Positions 1-10,941 of a stretch of 64,000 nucleotides of DNA are shown here, piece after piece (position 1 is the stretch's first letter; each line of letters begins with the position of its first letter). The position numbers were made by a program, and so were the translations under genes. This DNA comes from Cytophagales bacterium. GTDB lineage: Bacteria > Bacteroidota > Bacteroidia > Cytophagales > MED-G16. The notes beneath the pieces are model-generated. The model was given only the letters and a program-made list of their open reading frames with translations, did not search any database and was not told the origin of the DNA. The stretch is taken from the NCBI GenBank assembly GCA_045568775.1, contig JBJLAJ010000011.1:59239-123238 (forward strand), read 5' to 3'.

Positions 1-446
1 TCTCCACTTGATATTTTTTCTAATGAATCTATATCTAGTAACCCAGTACATTTTATTGCAATAAAAGGAAGACCTTGTTTTCCTAAAAAATTAATGATTT
101 CTATTGAGTCTTTTTTATAATTTTCGAAACCTTGAACTGAAGACTCAGCCTCAATTGAATATTCTGGCATCGCATTAATATTATATTTTTTTAATGAATT
201 AAAGGTTTCTTTACAATCACCTATAGTTTCTCCACCACAGAAATGGTTAAAAATTGTATTTTTAATTATACCCTTTAGAGGGAGCCTTAACTTAAGTACA
301 AGAAGAAGAAATGCATTACCTATTTTTGTAAGGAAAGGGTAATCAAGAACAGAAAATAAAAAATAAGCTTTCCTTAGTTCAAAGTTTGATTTATTAGTAA
401 ACGCTAATTCTGTGTTATTAAATAAGTTTTCTATATTTTTGTCCAC
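1..446 (-). CDS. proline dehydrogenase, N-terminal part (gene continues beyond window start)
   Basis: Absent from the ORF track because there is no stop in the window. My minus-strand translation from GTG at 446..444 (in-frame TAA directly upstream) reads VDKNIENLFNNTELAFTNKSNFELRKAYFLFSVL...IFNHFCGGETIGDCKETF...YSIEAE. This resembles the N-terminus of monofunctional flavobacterial proline dehydrogenases. Confidence 0.75.
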   Translation of the reverse strand, partial: MDKNIENLFNNTELAFTNKSNFELRKAYFLFSVLDYPFLTKIGNAFLLLVLKLRLPLKGIIKNTIFNHFCGGETIGDCKETFNSLKKYNINAMPEYSIEAESSVQGFENYKKDSIEIINFLGKQGLPFIAIKCTGLLDIDSLEKISSG

Positions 447-493
447 TTACGCAATTTGTAGGATTTATTACAAAAAGCAAAAATATAATAGAA

Positions 494-1600
494 ATGACCA
501 AAAAGTTAAATATAGACCCAATTAATACATGGATAAATAACGAAAAAGATCCATTAATAATCTCAGGACCATGTAGTGCTGAAACTTATGATCAACTTTT
601 TGAAACATGCAAGCAATTAAAATCCCATGGAATAAACCTCATGAGAGCCGGTGTATGGAAACCCAGAACTAGACCAGGGACATTTGAAGGAAATGGTGAA
701 GAAGCTCTTAAATGGATATCAGATATTAAAAAAGAGTTAGATGTTCAATTTACTGTTGAGGTGGCAAATACTAACCACATAGAATTAGCATTAAAATATG
801 GTATTGATATATTGTGGATTGGAGCAAGAACTACTGTAAATCCTTTTTCAGTTCAAGAGATTGCTGATTCATTAAAAGGAACAGATACTCCAATTCTAAT
901 AAAAAACCCAATAAATCCAGACTTATCTCTTTGGATGGGAGCTTTAGAAAGAATAAACAAGGCAGGAATAAATAAGCTTGGTGCAATACACAGAGGCTTT
1001 TCTATGACTGGAAAGTCTAAGTATAGATATGTTCCTATGTGGAAAATTGCAATTGACCTAAAAAGTAATTTACCAAATCTTCCTGTCATCTGTGACCCTT
1101 CTCACATATGTGGAAATAGAGATATGATTTTTGAAACATCACAAAAAGCTTTAGATCTTGGATATGATGGTTTAATTATAGAGTCACATATTGATCCAGA
1201 TAATGCTTGGAGCGATGCAAAACAACAGATTACTCCAAAAACCTTATCCAAGATGAAAAAAGATTTGAAAGTAAAAAGTACTAAAGAAAAAGAAAAATCA
1301 TACCAGCACCTTTTAAATGAAATCCGAGAAAATATTGATGATGTAGACAAAGAAATAATTGATATTATATCAAAAAGAATTGGTCTTGTTGAAAAAATTG
1401 GTGAATTTAAAAAGGAACAAGACCTGACAACCTTTCAAGTTGATAGATGGAATGAAATATTTAAATCTAGAATTGATTGGGCAATAGAAAAAGGTTTAGA
1501 AAAAGATTTTATAGAGGATCTTTATAAAGTTATTCACCTGGGATCAATCAATGTTCAAAATAAAATTATAAATAAAAAAAAGGCTAATTTTAAAATATGA
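494..1600 (+). CDS. bifunctional 3-deoxy-7-phosphoheptulonate (DAHP) synthase / chorismate mutase
   Basis: 368 aa. DAHP synthase core (PLIISGPCSAE, MRAGVWKPRTRPGTFEG, ICDPSH) plus a C-terminal AroQ-like chorismate mutase segment (IRENIDDVDKEIIDIISKRIGLVEKIGEFK). The stop overlaps the aroB start (ATGA). Confidence 0.9.
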   Translation: MTKKLNIDPINTWINNEKDPLIISGPCSAETYDQLFETCKQLKSHGINLMRAGVWKPRTRPGTFEGNGEEALKWISDIKKELDVQFTVEVANTNHIELALKYGIDILWIGARTTVNPFSVQEIADSLKGTDTPILIKNPINPDLSLWMGALERINKAGINKLGAIHRGFSMTGKSKYRYVPMWKIAIDLKSNLPNLPVICDPSHICGNRDMIFETSQKALDLGYDGLIIESHIDPDNAWSDAKQQITPKTLSKMKKDLKVKSTKEKEKSYQHLLNEIRENIDDVDKEIIDIISKRIGLVEKIGEFKKEQDLTTFQVDRWNEIFKSRIDWAIEKGLEKDFIEDLYKVIHLGSINVQNKIINKKKANFKI

Positions 1601-2637
1601 TTCCAGATCATATTGTTATTAGTAAGATAGAAAATAATTTATCCGAGATTATAAAATCTGGAAATTATTCAAAAGTTGCCTTCCTACTTGATAAAAATAC
1701 TTTTAATCATTGTTTCACTAAATTATCTAATCATATTAATTTCAATTATGAAAAAATCATAATTGATGAAGGAGAAGAAAATAAAAACCTAGAAACTTCA
1801 AAAAAAGTTTGGGAGAAGCTAATTGATTTTAAATTTGACAGAAAATCAATTCTAATAAATTTAGGTGGAGGAGTAATTTGTGATTTAGGTGGATTTGTTG
1901 CATCAACTTTTATGAGAGGAATTCACTTCATAAATATTCCAACTACTCTTTTATCTCAGGTGGATGCAAGTGTTGGAGGGAAATTGGGGATAGATCATAA
2001 AAACTTAAAAAATATAATTGGGATATTTAAAGAGCCTAATAAAGTAATAATTGATACAGATTTCCTTAATACATTACCAGAAAGAGAACTAAAATCAGGT
2101 TATGCTGAAGTTATAAAACACTGTCTTATCAGAGATAAAAGTATGTTCGACCAAATTCAAAATAAACTATGGAAAGATAGTGACTGGGATTATATTATTA
2201 ATCACTCAATTAAAATAAAATCTGATGTAGTTAAAAAAGATTCAAAAGAGAATGGCTTAAGAAAAATATTAAATTTTGGTCATACAATTGGTCATGCTAT
2301 TGAGACAACTTACCTTAATAAATCAAATAAGTTTTATCATGGTGAAGCTATAGCTATAGGAATGATTTGTGAGTCTTATATATCAAACCATTTTAATAAA
2401 CTAAGAAATGATGATCTTGAAAAGATAACTCAATATATCAATAGTGTATTTAATTTATCAAAAGTTAAATTCTTCGACGAAATAATTAAAAATGCGTATT
2501 TTGATAAAAAAAATCTATCTCAAAACATAAGGGCGTGCATTCTTAATGATATTGGAAATTGTGAATATGATATTGAAATTAAAGAAAGTATAATAATTGA
2601 AAGTCTTGATTACTATAATCTAAAGTGTAATGGGTAG
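1597..2637 (+). CDS. aroB: 3-dehydroquinate synthase
   Basis: 346 aa. Contains GGGVICDLGGFVASTFMRGIHFINIPTTLLSQVDASVGGK and HGEAIAIGM motifs. Lies between two other shikimate genes. Confidence 0.9.
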   Translation: MIPDHIVISKIENNLSEIIKSGNYSKVAFLLDKNTFNHCFTKLSNHINFNYEKIIIDEGEENKNLETSKKVWEKLIDFKFDRKSILINLGGGVICDLGGFVASTFMRGIHFINIPTTLLSQVDASVGGKLGIDHKNLKNIIGIFKEPNKVIIDTDFLNTLPERELKSGYAEVIKHCLIRDKSMFDQIQNKLWKDSDWDYIINHSIKIKSDVVKKDSKENGLRKILNFGHTIGHAIETTYLNKSNKFYHGEAIAIGMICESYISNHFNKLRNDDLEKITQYINSVFNLSKVKFFDEIIKNAYFDKKNLSQNIRACILNDIGNCEYDIEIKESIIIESLDYYNLKCNG

Positions 2638-3856
2638 TTACACTATTAAATTTTTATCCCCTCCAAAAGATATATCTATAAAATTAAACTCCTCAAAGAG
2701 TGAAAGCAATAGACTAATAATTATAAAAGCTCTATCTAAAGAAAAAATAGAAATAAAAAACTTATCAAATGCAAATGATACTTCACTCCTTAATAATCTT
2801 ATAAATTTTAATTCAACTAATGCTTGGAATGCAGAAGACGCAGGAACAAGCATGAGATTTCTCACTTCGTATCTATCACTAACAAAAAACGGAGCATTAT
2901 TAACTGGAACAGATAGAATGAAGAAAAGACCAATTAAAATTTTAGTAGAAGCATTAAGAGAAATAGGAGCCAATATTTTATATAAAGAAGAAAAAGGGTA
3001 TCCACCAATAAATATAAAAAGAAAAATTGTTCAAAAAATTAATAATATCGATATAAGAGGAGATGTAAGTAGCCAATACATATCTTCTATACTAATGATT
3101 GCTCCAAAGCTTGAAAACGGATTAGGAATCAATATAATTAACCCCTTTTATAGTAAGTCCTATGTAAAAATGACTCTTAGTCTAATGGAAGTTTTTGGTA
3201 TCAAATATTTATTTTCTGAAAACCAAATTATAATTAAAAGTCAGGATTATAAAGGAGGCAGTTATACAGTTGAGTCAGATTGGTCTGCAGCAAGTTATTG
3301 GTATAGCATACTATCTATAAATAAAGATATAGATAAAATTAACCTAATAGGTTTAAGGAATAAGTCTTTACAAGGAGATCAAATCATAGCAAAGATAATG
3401 TCATTAATGGGTATAGTTACAGATTTTAATGATAGTGGCATTGAAATACGTAAGAATAATTCAGTATGTGACTATCTAGAATTAGATTTTAAAGATTGTC
3501 CAGATTTAGCTCAAACAGTTCTTATAGTAGCTTCATACCATAAAATAAAACTGAAGATTTATGGAGTTGAAAGCTTAAAAATAAAAGAAACTGATAGACT
3601 AACTGCAATGAAAAATGAGCTTCATAAAATTGGAGTGAGTTTTTATAAAAAAGAAAATTTTTGGATACTTGATAAAAGAAAAAAAGACTTTCCTAAGTCA
3701 GTATCCATAGACACATATAAAGACCATAGAATGGCAATGGCATTTGCACCACTTGCATCTGAAATAGACATAACAATAAATAATCCTGAAGTAGTAAAAA
3801 AATCTTACCCTATGTTCTGGGATGATATGAAAAAAGTCGGATATAGTATTACTTAA
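2630..3856 (+). CDS. aroA: 3-phosphoshikimate 1-carboxyvinyltransferase (EPSP synthase)
   Basis: 408 aa. Contains KSESNR, GTSMRF and DHRMAMAFAPLA motifs. Overlaps the aroB end by 8 nt. Confidence 0.92.
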   Translation: MGSYTIKFLSPPKDISIKLNSSKSESNRLIIIKALSKEKIEIKNLSNANDTSLLNNLINFNSTNAWNAEDAGTSMRFLTSYLSLTKNGALLTGTDRMKKRPIKILVEALREIGANILYKEEKGYPPINIKRKIVQKINNIDIRGDVSSQYISSILMIAPKLENGLGINIINPFYSKSYVKMTLSLMEVFGIKYLFSENQIIIKSQDYKGGSYTVESDWSAASYWYSILSINKDIDKINLIGLRNKSLQGDQIIAKIMSLMGIVTDFNDSGIEIRKNNSVCDYLELDFKDCPDLAQTVLIVASYHKIKLKIYGVESLKIKETDRLTAMKNELHKIGVSFYKKENFWILDKRKKDFPKSVSIDTYKDHRMAMAFAPLASEIDITINNPEVVKKSYPMFWDDMKKVGYSIT

Positions 3857-4919
3857 TATATCTGAAATCTTGTCCTTTTTTGATGGCCAATACGGATTCA
3901 TACATTAGACATATACAGCTTTCCACATCATCTTTATGGACTGTCTCAACTGTAGTATGCATGTATTTTAAAGGTAGTGATATTAGCGCAGATGCAACCC
4001 CATCATTTGAATATGCAAATGCATCAGTATCAGTTCCTGTGAATCTAGATGCCGCCATAAGCTGATGAGAAATTTTATTTTTCTTAGCCGTATCAATAAG
4101 TAACTTTAATAAATTATTCTGTACAGCAGGGCCAAAAGTTAAAGCAGGACCATCTCCTGATTTAATATCTCCACTTTTTTTCTTATCATACATTGGTGAG
4201 TTAGTATCATGAGTAACATCAGTAACTATAGCAACATCAGGGTTTATTCTTTCAGCTATCATTTGAGCTCCTCTTAATCCAATTTCTTCTTGAACAGAAT
4301 TCACAATATATAATCCAAAATCTAGTTTCTTTTTATTTTGATAAAGTCTTTTAGCAACCTCAGCAATCATAAATCCTCCCATTCTATTATCAAGAGCTCT
4401 ACCAGTATAATAATTTTTATTTAAGACCATGAGTTCATCTTCAAAAGTAATAACACACCCTACATGAATTCCTAATGCTTCAACTTCTTTTTTTGATGAA
4501 CAACCGACATCAATAAAGATATTTTTTAATGATGGGGTTTGCTCAGTCTTTGGGTCTCTAACATGAATAGCAGGCCATCCAAAAACTCCTTTAATAATAC
4601 CTTTTTCTGTTTGGATATTAACTCTTTTAGACGGCGCAATTTGGTGATCAGATCCCCCATTTCTAATTACATATATATAACCATCATCAGTAATATAATT
4701 TACAAACCATGAAATCTCATCTGCATGGGCTTCAATTACAACTTTATATTTTGATTCAGGATTTATAACTCCAACAACAGTACCATATGTGTCAGATATA
4801 TATTCATCTATATAAGGTGTAATATAGTCTAGCCAAATTCTTTGACCAGATGATTCAAAACCAGTCGGTGAATGGTTATTCAAATACTTAAATAAAAAAT
4901 CTTTACTATGTTTATCCAT
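3849..4919 (-). CDS. M42 family metallopeptidase (glutamyl aminopeptidase / FrvX-like)
   Basis: 356 aa. Contains SPTGFE, EAHADEI, DNRMGG, QEEIGLRGA and TGTDTDAF motifs typical of M42 aminopeptidases. Confidence 0.85.
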   Translation of the reverse strand: MDKHSKDFLFKYLNNHSPTGFESSGQRIWLDYITPYIDEYISDTYGTVVGVINPESKYKVVIEAHADEISWFVNYITDDGYIYVIRNGGSDHQIAPSKRVNIQTEKGIIKGVFGWPAIHVRDPKTEQTPSLKNIFIDVGCSSKKEVEALGIHVGCVITFEDELMVLNKNYYTGRALDNRMGGFMIAEVAKRLYQNKKKLDFGLYIVNSVQEEIGLRGAQMIAERINPDVAIVTDVTHDTNSPMYDKKKSGDIKSGDGPALTFGPAVQNNLLKLLIDTAKKNKISHQLMAASRFTGTDTDAFAYSNDGVASALISLPLKYMHTTVETVHKDDVESCICLMYESVLAIKKGQDFRYIK

Positions 4920-5212
4920 TATTCTTGTTTTACATAAAAAATGTCTTCAGATTCTTTTTTCATTAAGTATTCTTCCCTAGCATACTTCTCAAGAATCTCT
5001 TCATTACTTTCAAACTTTTCTTTATCTATTGTGACTTTATCAATTTCTTGAACATAAAATTCTTTTTCTGTTCTTAATTCATCTAGTTTCTGTGATAACC
5101 TAAACCTATTTAAAAAGCCATTAGAATCTATTATTATCATCCAAATAAGAAAGGAAATAAAAAAAATAAAATAAAAATTTTTTAAAAGATATCTAAACTT
5201 TTGAACAACCAT
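4919..5212 (-). CDS. septum formation initiator family protein (FtsB/DivIC-like)
   Basis: 97 aa. One N-terminal TM helix followed by a coiled coil (LSQKLDELRTEKEFYVQEIDK) and a YAREEYLMKK tail. Sits directly downstream of eno, as in many bacteria. Confidence 0.75.
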   Translation of the reverse strand: MVVQKFRYLLKNFYFIFFISFLIWMIIIDSNGFLNRFRLSQKLDELRTEKEFYVQEIDKVTIDKEKFESNEEILEKYAREEYLMKKESEDIFYVKQE

Positions 5213-5229
5213 ATTCCAAATATAAATAT

Positions 5230-6504
5230 TTATTTAGAAGGAAATTTTGCTTTATCTCCTAAATCCTCTTCAATTCTAAGAAGCTGATTATATTTTGCAA
5301 TTCTATCCGATCTCGATAAAGAACCTGTCTTAATTTGACCAACATTTAATCCAACAGCAATATCTGATATAGTGGTATCCTCTGTCTCACCAGATCGATG
5401 AGATACAACAGCAGTCCATCCTGAATCTTTAGCTAAATTTATTGCGTCAATGGTCTCTGTTAATGTTCCGATCTGATTGGGTTTAATTAGAATAGAATTA
5501 GCTCTTTTTTCTTTTATAGCTCTTTGTAAATATTTCAGATTAGTAACTAATAAGTCATCACCAACTAACTGGCACCTATCTCCGATAGAATCAGTTAATA
5601 AACCCCATCCCTCCCAATCATTTTCATCACAGCCATCCTCAATACTGTCAATAGGATAATTATCAACTAAACTTTTCAAATATTCTACTTGCTCATGAGA
5701 ATTTCTAACATCTCCTTTTTTACCCTCAAATAAACGGTAATCATATAAACCATCTTTGAAGAATTCAGAAGCAGCACAGTCCATAGCTAAAGTAATATCT
5801 TTTCCAGATATAAAACCTGCCTTCTCAATTGAATTTAATATAGTTTCAATAGCTTCCTCTGTACCTCCTAAAAAATTTGGCGCAAATCCACCTTCATCTC
5901 CAACAGCAGTACTTAAGTTTTTTTCTTTTATAATTGACTTTAAAGTATGAAATATTTCAGCTCCATACCTAAGTGCATCACTAAATGAATTTGCACCAAC
6001 TGGCCTTATCATAAACTCTTGAAAAGCAATAGGAGCATCAGAGTGCGAACCTCCATTAATTATATTCATCATAGGAACAGGCAATAAATTTGCTTTTTCA
6101 CCACCTAAATATTTATAAAGAGGCTGTTTGTTAACCTTAGATGAAAGTCGTGCACAGGCTAGAGAAACACCCAAGATGGCATTGGCACCAAGATTAGATT
6201 TATTATAGGATCCGTCAAGATCAATTAAAAGCTTATCTATTTCTTTTTGATTTTCAAAACTTTTACCAATTAACTCATTAGAAATGATATTATTAACATT
6301 ACTTACAGCTTTATTAACAGCTTTTCCTAAATATTCTTTTCCACCGTCTCTTAACTCAACAGCCTCATTCTCCCCTGTAGAGGCACCCGATGGAACAGCT
6401 GCTCTTCCCATAGTATTACACTCAGAATAAACATCAACCTCAACTGTCGGATTTCCTCGAGAATCTAAAATTTGTCTTCCGATGATTTTTGTTATTTTAT
6501 TCAC
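5230..6504 (-). CDS. eno: enolase (phosphopyruvate hydratase)
   Basis: 424 aa. Starts [19 protein letters not shown] and contains [17 protein letters not shown] and [22 protein letters not shown]. Confidence 0.98.
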   Translation of the reverse strand: MNKITKIIGRQILDSRGNPTVEVDVYSECNTMGRAAVPSGASTGENEAVELRDGGKEYLGKAVNKAVSNVNNIISNELIGKSFENQKEIDKLLIDLDGSYNKSNLGANAILGVSLACARLSSKVNKQPLYKYLGGEKANLLPVPMMNIINGGSHSDAPIAFQEFMIRPVGANSFSDALRYGAEIFHTLKSIIKEKNLSTAVGDEGGFAPNFLGGTEEAIETILNSIEKAGFISGKDITLAMDCAASEFFKDGLYDYRLFEGKKGDVRNSHEQVEYLKSLVDNYPIDSIEDGCDENDWEGWGLLTDSIGDRCQLVGDDLLVTNLKYLQRAIKEKRANSILIKPNQIGTLTETIDAINLAKDSGWTAVVSHRSGETEDTTISDIAVGLNVGQIKTGSLSRSDRIAKYNQLLRIEEDLGDKAKFPSK

Positions 6505-7600
6505 TCTTGATCATTTTTATGAAGTCATCAAATAAATATCTTGAATCGTGAGGACCTGGTGATGATTCAGGATGGTATTGAACTGAGAACGCCTTTTTCC
6601 CCTTAACTTTTATTCCTTCCACAGTGTTATCATTAAGGTTAATGTGAGTTAATTCTAAAGTTGTTGATTTTTTTATTTCATCCATAGAAACACCAAAACC
6701 ATGATTTTGGGAGGTAACCTCAGATTTTCCGGATGACAAATTCTTAACTGGGTGATTAATTCCTCTGTGACCATTATGTAATTTATAAGTAGATACATCA
6801 CATGCTCTAGCTAAAATCTGATGTCCAAGACATATGCCAAATACTGGTTTATCTTTTTTCATAATTTCTTTTACAGTATTTACAGCATAATCCATAGAAG
6901 CTGGATCTCCTGGTCCATTAGAAATAAAATAGCCATCAGGTTTCCATTGCTGCATCTCTTCAAAAGATGTCTTAGCAGAAAAAATTTTGCATAAAACTCC
7001 CCTATCACTAAAATTTTTAAGTATAGATCTTTTACAACCAAGATCTAAAACAGCAACTTTAATATTAGATTTTTCATCTCCATATATATATTCCTTTTTA
7101 GTTGTAACATGAGAAGATAACTCTAAATTTTTCATTGGAGGAACATCATTTAAAATTGTTTGAAGTTTTTTCACCTCAAGAATCTCACTAGAAATAACTG
7201 CATTCATTGCACCTTTATCTCTTATATGTTTCACTAATTTTCTAGTATCAATATCATATATTGCTACAGTATTATTTTTTATAAAATATTCTTCTAGACT
7301 TTCATCAGAATTAGATCTACTATAAATTTCCGAATACTCATTAATTATGACTCCATTGATCTGAGGAAAATTACTTTCTTGTTCTTCTTCAATAGTCCCA
7401 TAATTTCCAATATGTGATGAGGTATTAATTATGATTTGACCGAAATATGATGGATCAGTATAAATCTCTTGATACCCAGTCATTCCTGTATTGAAACATA
7501 TTTCACCAGTAGCAATTCCAATTTTACCAAGAGATATTCCTTCGAAGATTGATCCATCTTCAAGTAATAGAACTGCCGGTTTTCTAGATTTCAATTCCAT
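6497..7600 (-). CDS. carA: carbamoyl-phosphate synthase small (glutaminase) subunit
   Basis: 367 aa. Contains [17 protein letters not shown], the GICLGHQ catalytic Cys and [12 protein letters not shown]. carB is not adjacent. Confidence 0.95.
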   Translation of the reverse strand: MELKSRKPAVLLLEDGSIFEGISLGKIGIATGEICFNTGMTGYQEIYTDPSYFGQIIINTSSHIGNYGTIEEEQESNFPQINGVIINEYSEIYSRSNSDESLEEYFIKNNTVAIYDIDTRKLVKHIRDKGAMNAVISSEILEVKKLQTILNDVPPMKNLELSSHVTTKKEYIYGDEKSNIKVAVLDLGCKRSILKNFSDRGVLCKIFSAKTSFEEMQQWKPDGYFISNGPGDPASMDYAVNTVKEIMKKDKPVFGICLGHQILARACDVSTYKLHNGHRGINHPVKNLSSGKSEVTSQNHGFGVSMDEIKKSTTLELTHINLNDNTVEGIKVKGKKAFSVQYHPESSPGPHDSRYLFDDFIKMIKSE

Positions 7601-7619
7601 TTTTGTTTCAAAAATATAT

Positions 7620-7653
7620 AATAAAAAAGGGATTAAATAAATTTAATCCCTTT
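7620..7653 (-). terminator. rho-independent terminator after rplQ (end of the alpha operon)
   Basis: Minus strand reads AAAGGGATTAA-ATTTAT-TTAATCCCTTT followed by TTTATATATATTTTT. This is an 11-bp perfect stem plus a T-rich tail, in the 77-nt gap between rplQ and carA. Confidence 0.6.
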
Positions 7654-7677
7654 AAATTATCAATTTTAATAAAGATA

Positions 7678-8205
7678 CTATTTCGACTTTTTATCTTTTG
7701 AATCTTTAGAGTCTTTTTTAACTACTTTGTTTTCTTTTTTGGTAGTTTTAGGCTCTTCTCCAGAACCAACTTCTGCCTTAGTCTTCTTTCTTCTTCTTCT
7801 TCTAGATTTAGTGCCTTTATCACTCTCTTCTCCCCCTAACAATAAAGTATTGTAATCAACCAATTCAATTATAGACATCTCAGCATTATCTCCTAATCTA
7901 AATCCCGTTTTAATAATTCTAGTATATCCACCTGGTCTTAAAGCAATCTTTTCTGCTACCTTATTAAATAATTCATTTACTGCGTCTTTATCTTGTAAAA
8001 GAGAAAAGACAGACCTTCTGGAATGTGTTGTATCAGATTTAGATTTAGTTAACAAAGGCTCAATAAACTTTCTTAGAGCTTTAGCTTTTGCCAAAGTTGT
8101 CTCAATCTTTTTATGTAAAATCAAAGATGACGCCATATTAGAAAGCATAGACTTTCTATGTGGAGCTTTCCTACTTAAATGGTTAAATCTTTTGCCGTGT
8201 CTCAT
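7678..8205 (-). CDS. rplQ: 50S ribosomal protein L17
   Basis: Starts [21 protein letters not shown]. Has a Lys-rich C-terminal tail. Follows rpoA. Confidence 0.96.
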   Translation of the reverse strand: MRHGKRFNHLSRKAPHRKSMLSNMASSLILHKKIETTLAKAKALRKFIEPLLTKSKSDTTHSRRSVFSLLQDKDAVNELFNKVAEKIALRPGGYTRIIKTGFRLGDNAEMSIIELVDYNTLLLGGEESDKGTKSRRRRRKKTKAEVGSGEEPKTTKKENKVVKKDSKDSKDKKSK

Positions 8206-9188
8206 TAATCCAAATTATATTTAGCTAAATCCATACCAAAATTAAGGCCTTTGTTATCAACAAGCTCCTCAAGTTCAGTTAAAGATTTTTTTCCGAAATT
8301 TCTAAATTTCATCATATCTGATATCTCTATGCTTACAAGATCACCTAAAGTTTTAATATCAGCAGCTTTAAGACAGTTATATGCTCTAACTGATAAATCA
8401 AGATCATTTAATGAAGTTTTAAGAAGTTTTCTCATATGAAGTAATTCTTCGTCAACAACCTCTATTTCATCTGAATTATCTTCAGCAAACTCCATATCCT
8501 TATCAGAGAATAAATAGAAATGTTTAATTAGCAACTGAGCAGAACCTTTCAACGCATCTTCTGGATGAATAGAACCATCAGTTTGAATATCTAAAATCAG
8601 TTTTTCAAAATCAGTTTTTTGTTCAACTCTAGTATTTTCAATACTATACTTTACATTTATGATTGGGGTAAATACAGAATCAATAGAAATAAAGTCAACA
8701 TCAGATGAGCTAGAGTCATTTTCTTCAGATGAAACGTATCCTCTTCCCTTCTCTATTTTAAGTTCAATAGAAAATTTAACTTTTTTACTAAGTGTACATA
8801 TCTCTTGATCAGGATTAAGCACCTCATAAGAGCTTGTGCTTTTAGTAATATCTCCACCAGTGAATGTACCTTTTTTATGAAATGATACTACTACACTTTT
8901 CTCTGGATTTTCTGTTAAAGACTTAAACCTTATAGTTTTTAAGTTTAAAATTATTTCAGAAACATCTTCTACTATACCATCTATAGTTGAAAACTCATGT
9001 TGTATACCTGGAATTTTAATTCCAGTAATAGCATATCCTTCTAATGAGGATAATAATACTCTTCTTACAGCATTACCAATAGTTAGTGCGTAACCTGGTT
9101 GTAGTGGAGAGAATGTAAAAATACCGTGGAAATCATCGGCTTTTTCCATTACTATCTTATCTGGTAATTGAAATGAAAGTAGTGACAT
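8205..9188 (-). CDS. rpoA: DNA-directed RNA polymerase subunit alpha
   Basis: 327 aa. Contains [17 protein letters not shown] and the C-terminal domain sequence [22 protein letters not shown]. Confidence 0.97.
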   Translation of the reverse strand: MSLLSFQLPDKIVMEKADDFHGIFTFSPLQPGYALTIGNAVRRVLLSSLEGYAITGIKIPGIQHEFSTIDGIVEDVSEIILNLKTIRFKSLTENPEKSVVVSFHKKGTFTGGDITKSTSSYEVLNPDQEICTLSKKVKFSIELKIEKGRGYVSSEENDSSSSDVDFISIDSVFTPIINVKYSIENTRVEQKTDFEKLILDIQTDGSIHPEDALKGSAQLLIKHFYLFSDKDMEFAEDNSDEIEVVDEELLHMRKLLKTSLNDLDLSVRAYNCLKAADIKTLGDLVSIEISDMMKFRNFGKKSLTELEELVDNKGLNFGMDLAKYNLD

Positions 9189-9218
9189 AATTTTTAAAGT
9201 TTATTTATACAATATTTT

Positions 9219-9824
9219 TTATTTTGAATACAATTCAACAATTAATTGTTCATTAATATTTTCTGGAATTGATTCTCTTTCAGGATAAGTTACAAGTTTT
9301 CCAAGAAGAGATTTATCATCCCACTCTAACCACTTATACTTATTAGCAGTTTTATTAGATACACTATCAGATATTGCAACTAGAGATTTAGATCGTTCTC
9401 TTACAGCTACCATATCACCTTCTTTAAGAGTATATGAAGGTATATTTACAAGGTTTCCATTGACAGTAATATGTTTATGAACAACAAGTTGTCTAGCTGA
9501 TCGTCTTGTTGGTGCAATTCCTAATCTATAAACAACATTATCAAGCCTAGCTTCTAGTAGTTGTAATAGATTTTCACCAGTTATACCATCTTTTCTAGTT
9601 GCCTTGTCAAACATATTTCTAAATTGTTTCTCTAAAATACCATACAAGTACTTTGCTTTTTGCTTCTCAGCAAGCTGTATAGCGTATTCCGATTTTTTTC
9701 TTCTCCTCCCTCTCCCATGCTGACCTGGAGGGTGTGGTTTTTTTTCTAATGCCTTTGTATCACCAAATATGGGCTCCCCATATTTTCTTGAAATCTTAGA
9801 TTTAGGTCCAGTATATCTTGCCAT
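9219..9824 (-). CDS. rpsD: 30S ribosomal protein S4
   Basis: Starts [14 protein letters not shown] and contains [13 protein letters not shown]. Confidence 0.97.
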   Translation of the reverse strand: MARYTGPKSKISRKYGEPIFGDTKALEKKPHPPGQHGRGRRRKKSEYAIQLAEKQKAKYLYGILEKQFRNMFDKATRKDGITGENLLQLLEARLDNVVYRLGIAPTRRSARQLVVHKHITVNGNLVNIPSYTLKEGDMVAVRERSKSLVAISDSVSNKTANKYKWLEWDDKSLLGKLVTYPERESIPENINEQLIVELYSK

Positions 9825-9835
9825 TATTTAATAAT

Positions 9836-10225
9836 TTAAACTCTTCTTCTTTTAGGTGGTCTACATCCATTATGTGGTAATGGAGTTACATCATTAATAG
9901 ACATAACATCTAAACCAGCATTTTGCATGGCTCTGATTGCAGAATCTCTTCCGGCACCAGGACCTTTAATAAAAATATCTACTTTTCTTAGACCAAGTTC
10001 AAATGCGGTTTTTACAGCATCTTCTGTAGCTATTTGAGCTGCAAATGGTGTATTCTTCTTAGAACCTCTAAAACCCATTTTACCAGCAGAAGACCATGAT
10101 ATAACCTGACCTGTTTCATTAGTAATAGAAATGATGATATTGTTAAAAGAACACTTTATATGAGCTTGTCCATTACTTTTAACAACAACAACTCTCTTTT
10201 TAGACTTATCTTTCTTCTTATTCAT
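9836..10225 (-). CDS. rpsK: 30S ribosomal protein S11
   Basis: Contains [14 protein letters not shown] and ends [16 protein letters not shown]. Confidence 0.97.
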   Translation of the reverse strand: MNKKKDKSKKRVVVVKSNGQAHIKCSFNNIIISITNETGQVISWSSAGKMGFRGSKKNTPFAAQIATEDAVKTAFELGLRKVDIFIKGPGAGRDSAIRAMQNAGLDVMSINDVTPLPHNGCRPPKRRRV

Positions 10226-10599
10226 TATTTAACTGCTTTCTTTTTATTTGCAACTGTTTTTCTTTTCCCTTTTCTTGTTCTAGAGTTATTTTTTGTCTTC
10301 TGACCTCTAACGGGGAGACCTCTTCTATGTCTCAAACCTCTGTAGCATCCAATATCTAATAATCTTTTGATATTTAGTCTTACTTCAGACTTAAGATCTC
10401 CTTCAGTCTTAAATTGATTAGAAATAATATTTCTAATTTTATTTGATTCATCTTCAGTCCAATCAGAAACCTTTTTCTCCAAACCGACTCCTGCCTCATT
10501 TAATATTTTTATAGCAGAGCTTCTGCCAAGACCATATATGTAGGTCAATGCAACCTCTCCTCTTTTATTATCTGGAATATCTATACCTGCAATTCTCAT
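10225..10599 (-). CDS. rpsM: 30S ribosomal protein S13
   Basis: Starts [13 protein letters not shown] and contains [18 protein letters not shown]. Confidence 0.97.
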   Translation of the reverse strand: MRIAGIDIPDNKRGEVALTYIYGLGRSSAIKILNEAGVGLEKKVSDWTEDESNKIRNIISNQFKTEGDLKSEVRLNIKRLLDIGCYRGLRHRRGLPVRGQKTKNNSRTRKGKRKTVANKKKAVK

Positions 10600-10602
10600 A
10601 AT

Positions 10603-10719
10603 CTATCCTTGCCTCTGTTTAAATCGAGGATTTTTTTTATTAATTACATAAACCTTACCCTTCCTCCTTATGACCTTACAGTCATTACTTCTTTTCTTAA
10701 CTGATGCTTTAACTTTCAT
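10603..10719 (-). CDS. rpmJ: 50S ribosomal protein L36
   Basis: Below the ORF-track size cutoff. My translation gives [38 protein letters not shown]. It lies between infA and rpsM, as expected. Confidence 0.93.
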   Translation of the reverse strand: MKVKASVKKRSNDCKVIRRKGKVYVINKKNPRFKQRQG

Positions 10720-10720
10720 T

Positions 10721-10939
10721 TTACTTATATCTAAATGTTATTCTAGCTTTTGTTAAATCATATGGTGACATCTCAAGTTTTACCTTATCTCCAGGTAAGA
10801 GTCTGATGTAAAACATTCTCATCTTACCAGAAATATGAGCCGTCACAATATGCCCATTGTCTAATTTAACTCTAAACATTGCGTTAGACAGTGCTTCAGT
10901 CACTATACCATCTTGTTCTATTGCTTTCTGTTTAGCCAT
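10721..10939 (-). CDS. infA: translation initiation factor IF-1
   Basis: 72 aa. Starts [13 protein letters not shown] and contains [19 protein letters not shown]. Confidence 0.97.
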   Translation of the reverse strand: MAKQKAIEQDGIVTEALSNAMFRVKLDNGHIVTAHISGKMRMFYIRLLPGDKVKLEMSPYDLTKARITFRYK

Positions 10940-10941
10940 AA

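Noticed and set aside
7609-7616. TATTTTTG box 8 nt upstream of the carA ATG as a promoter
   Set aside because: No -33 TTTG at the 19-21 nt spacing, and the box would leave an almost leaderless mRNA. It is possible but not supportable from sequence alone.
7678-7850. Lys/Arg-rich C-terminal tail of L17 (…[13 protein letters not shown]…[12 protein letters not shown])
   Set aside because: It is a low-complexity basic extension, common in ribosomal proteins of this phylum. There is no independent ORF or repeat structure at the DNA level.
10603-10719. L36 lacking three of the four Zn ligands, and the long non-Zn S14 at 14763-15032, as possible zinc-sparing paralogs
   Set aside because: These are the only copies and sit in the main operon. 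From memory the [31 protein letters not shown] form is the normal Bacteroidota L36, so this is a lineage trait and not an adaptation signal.
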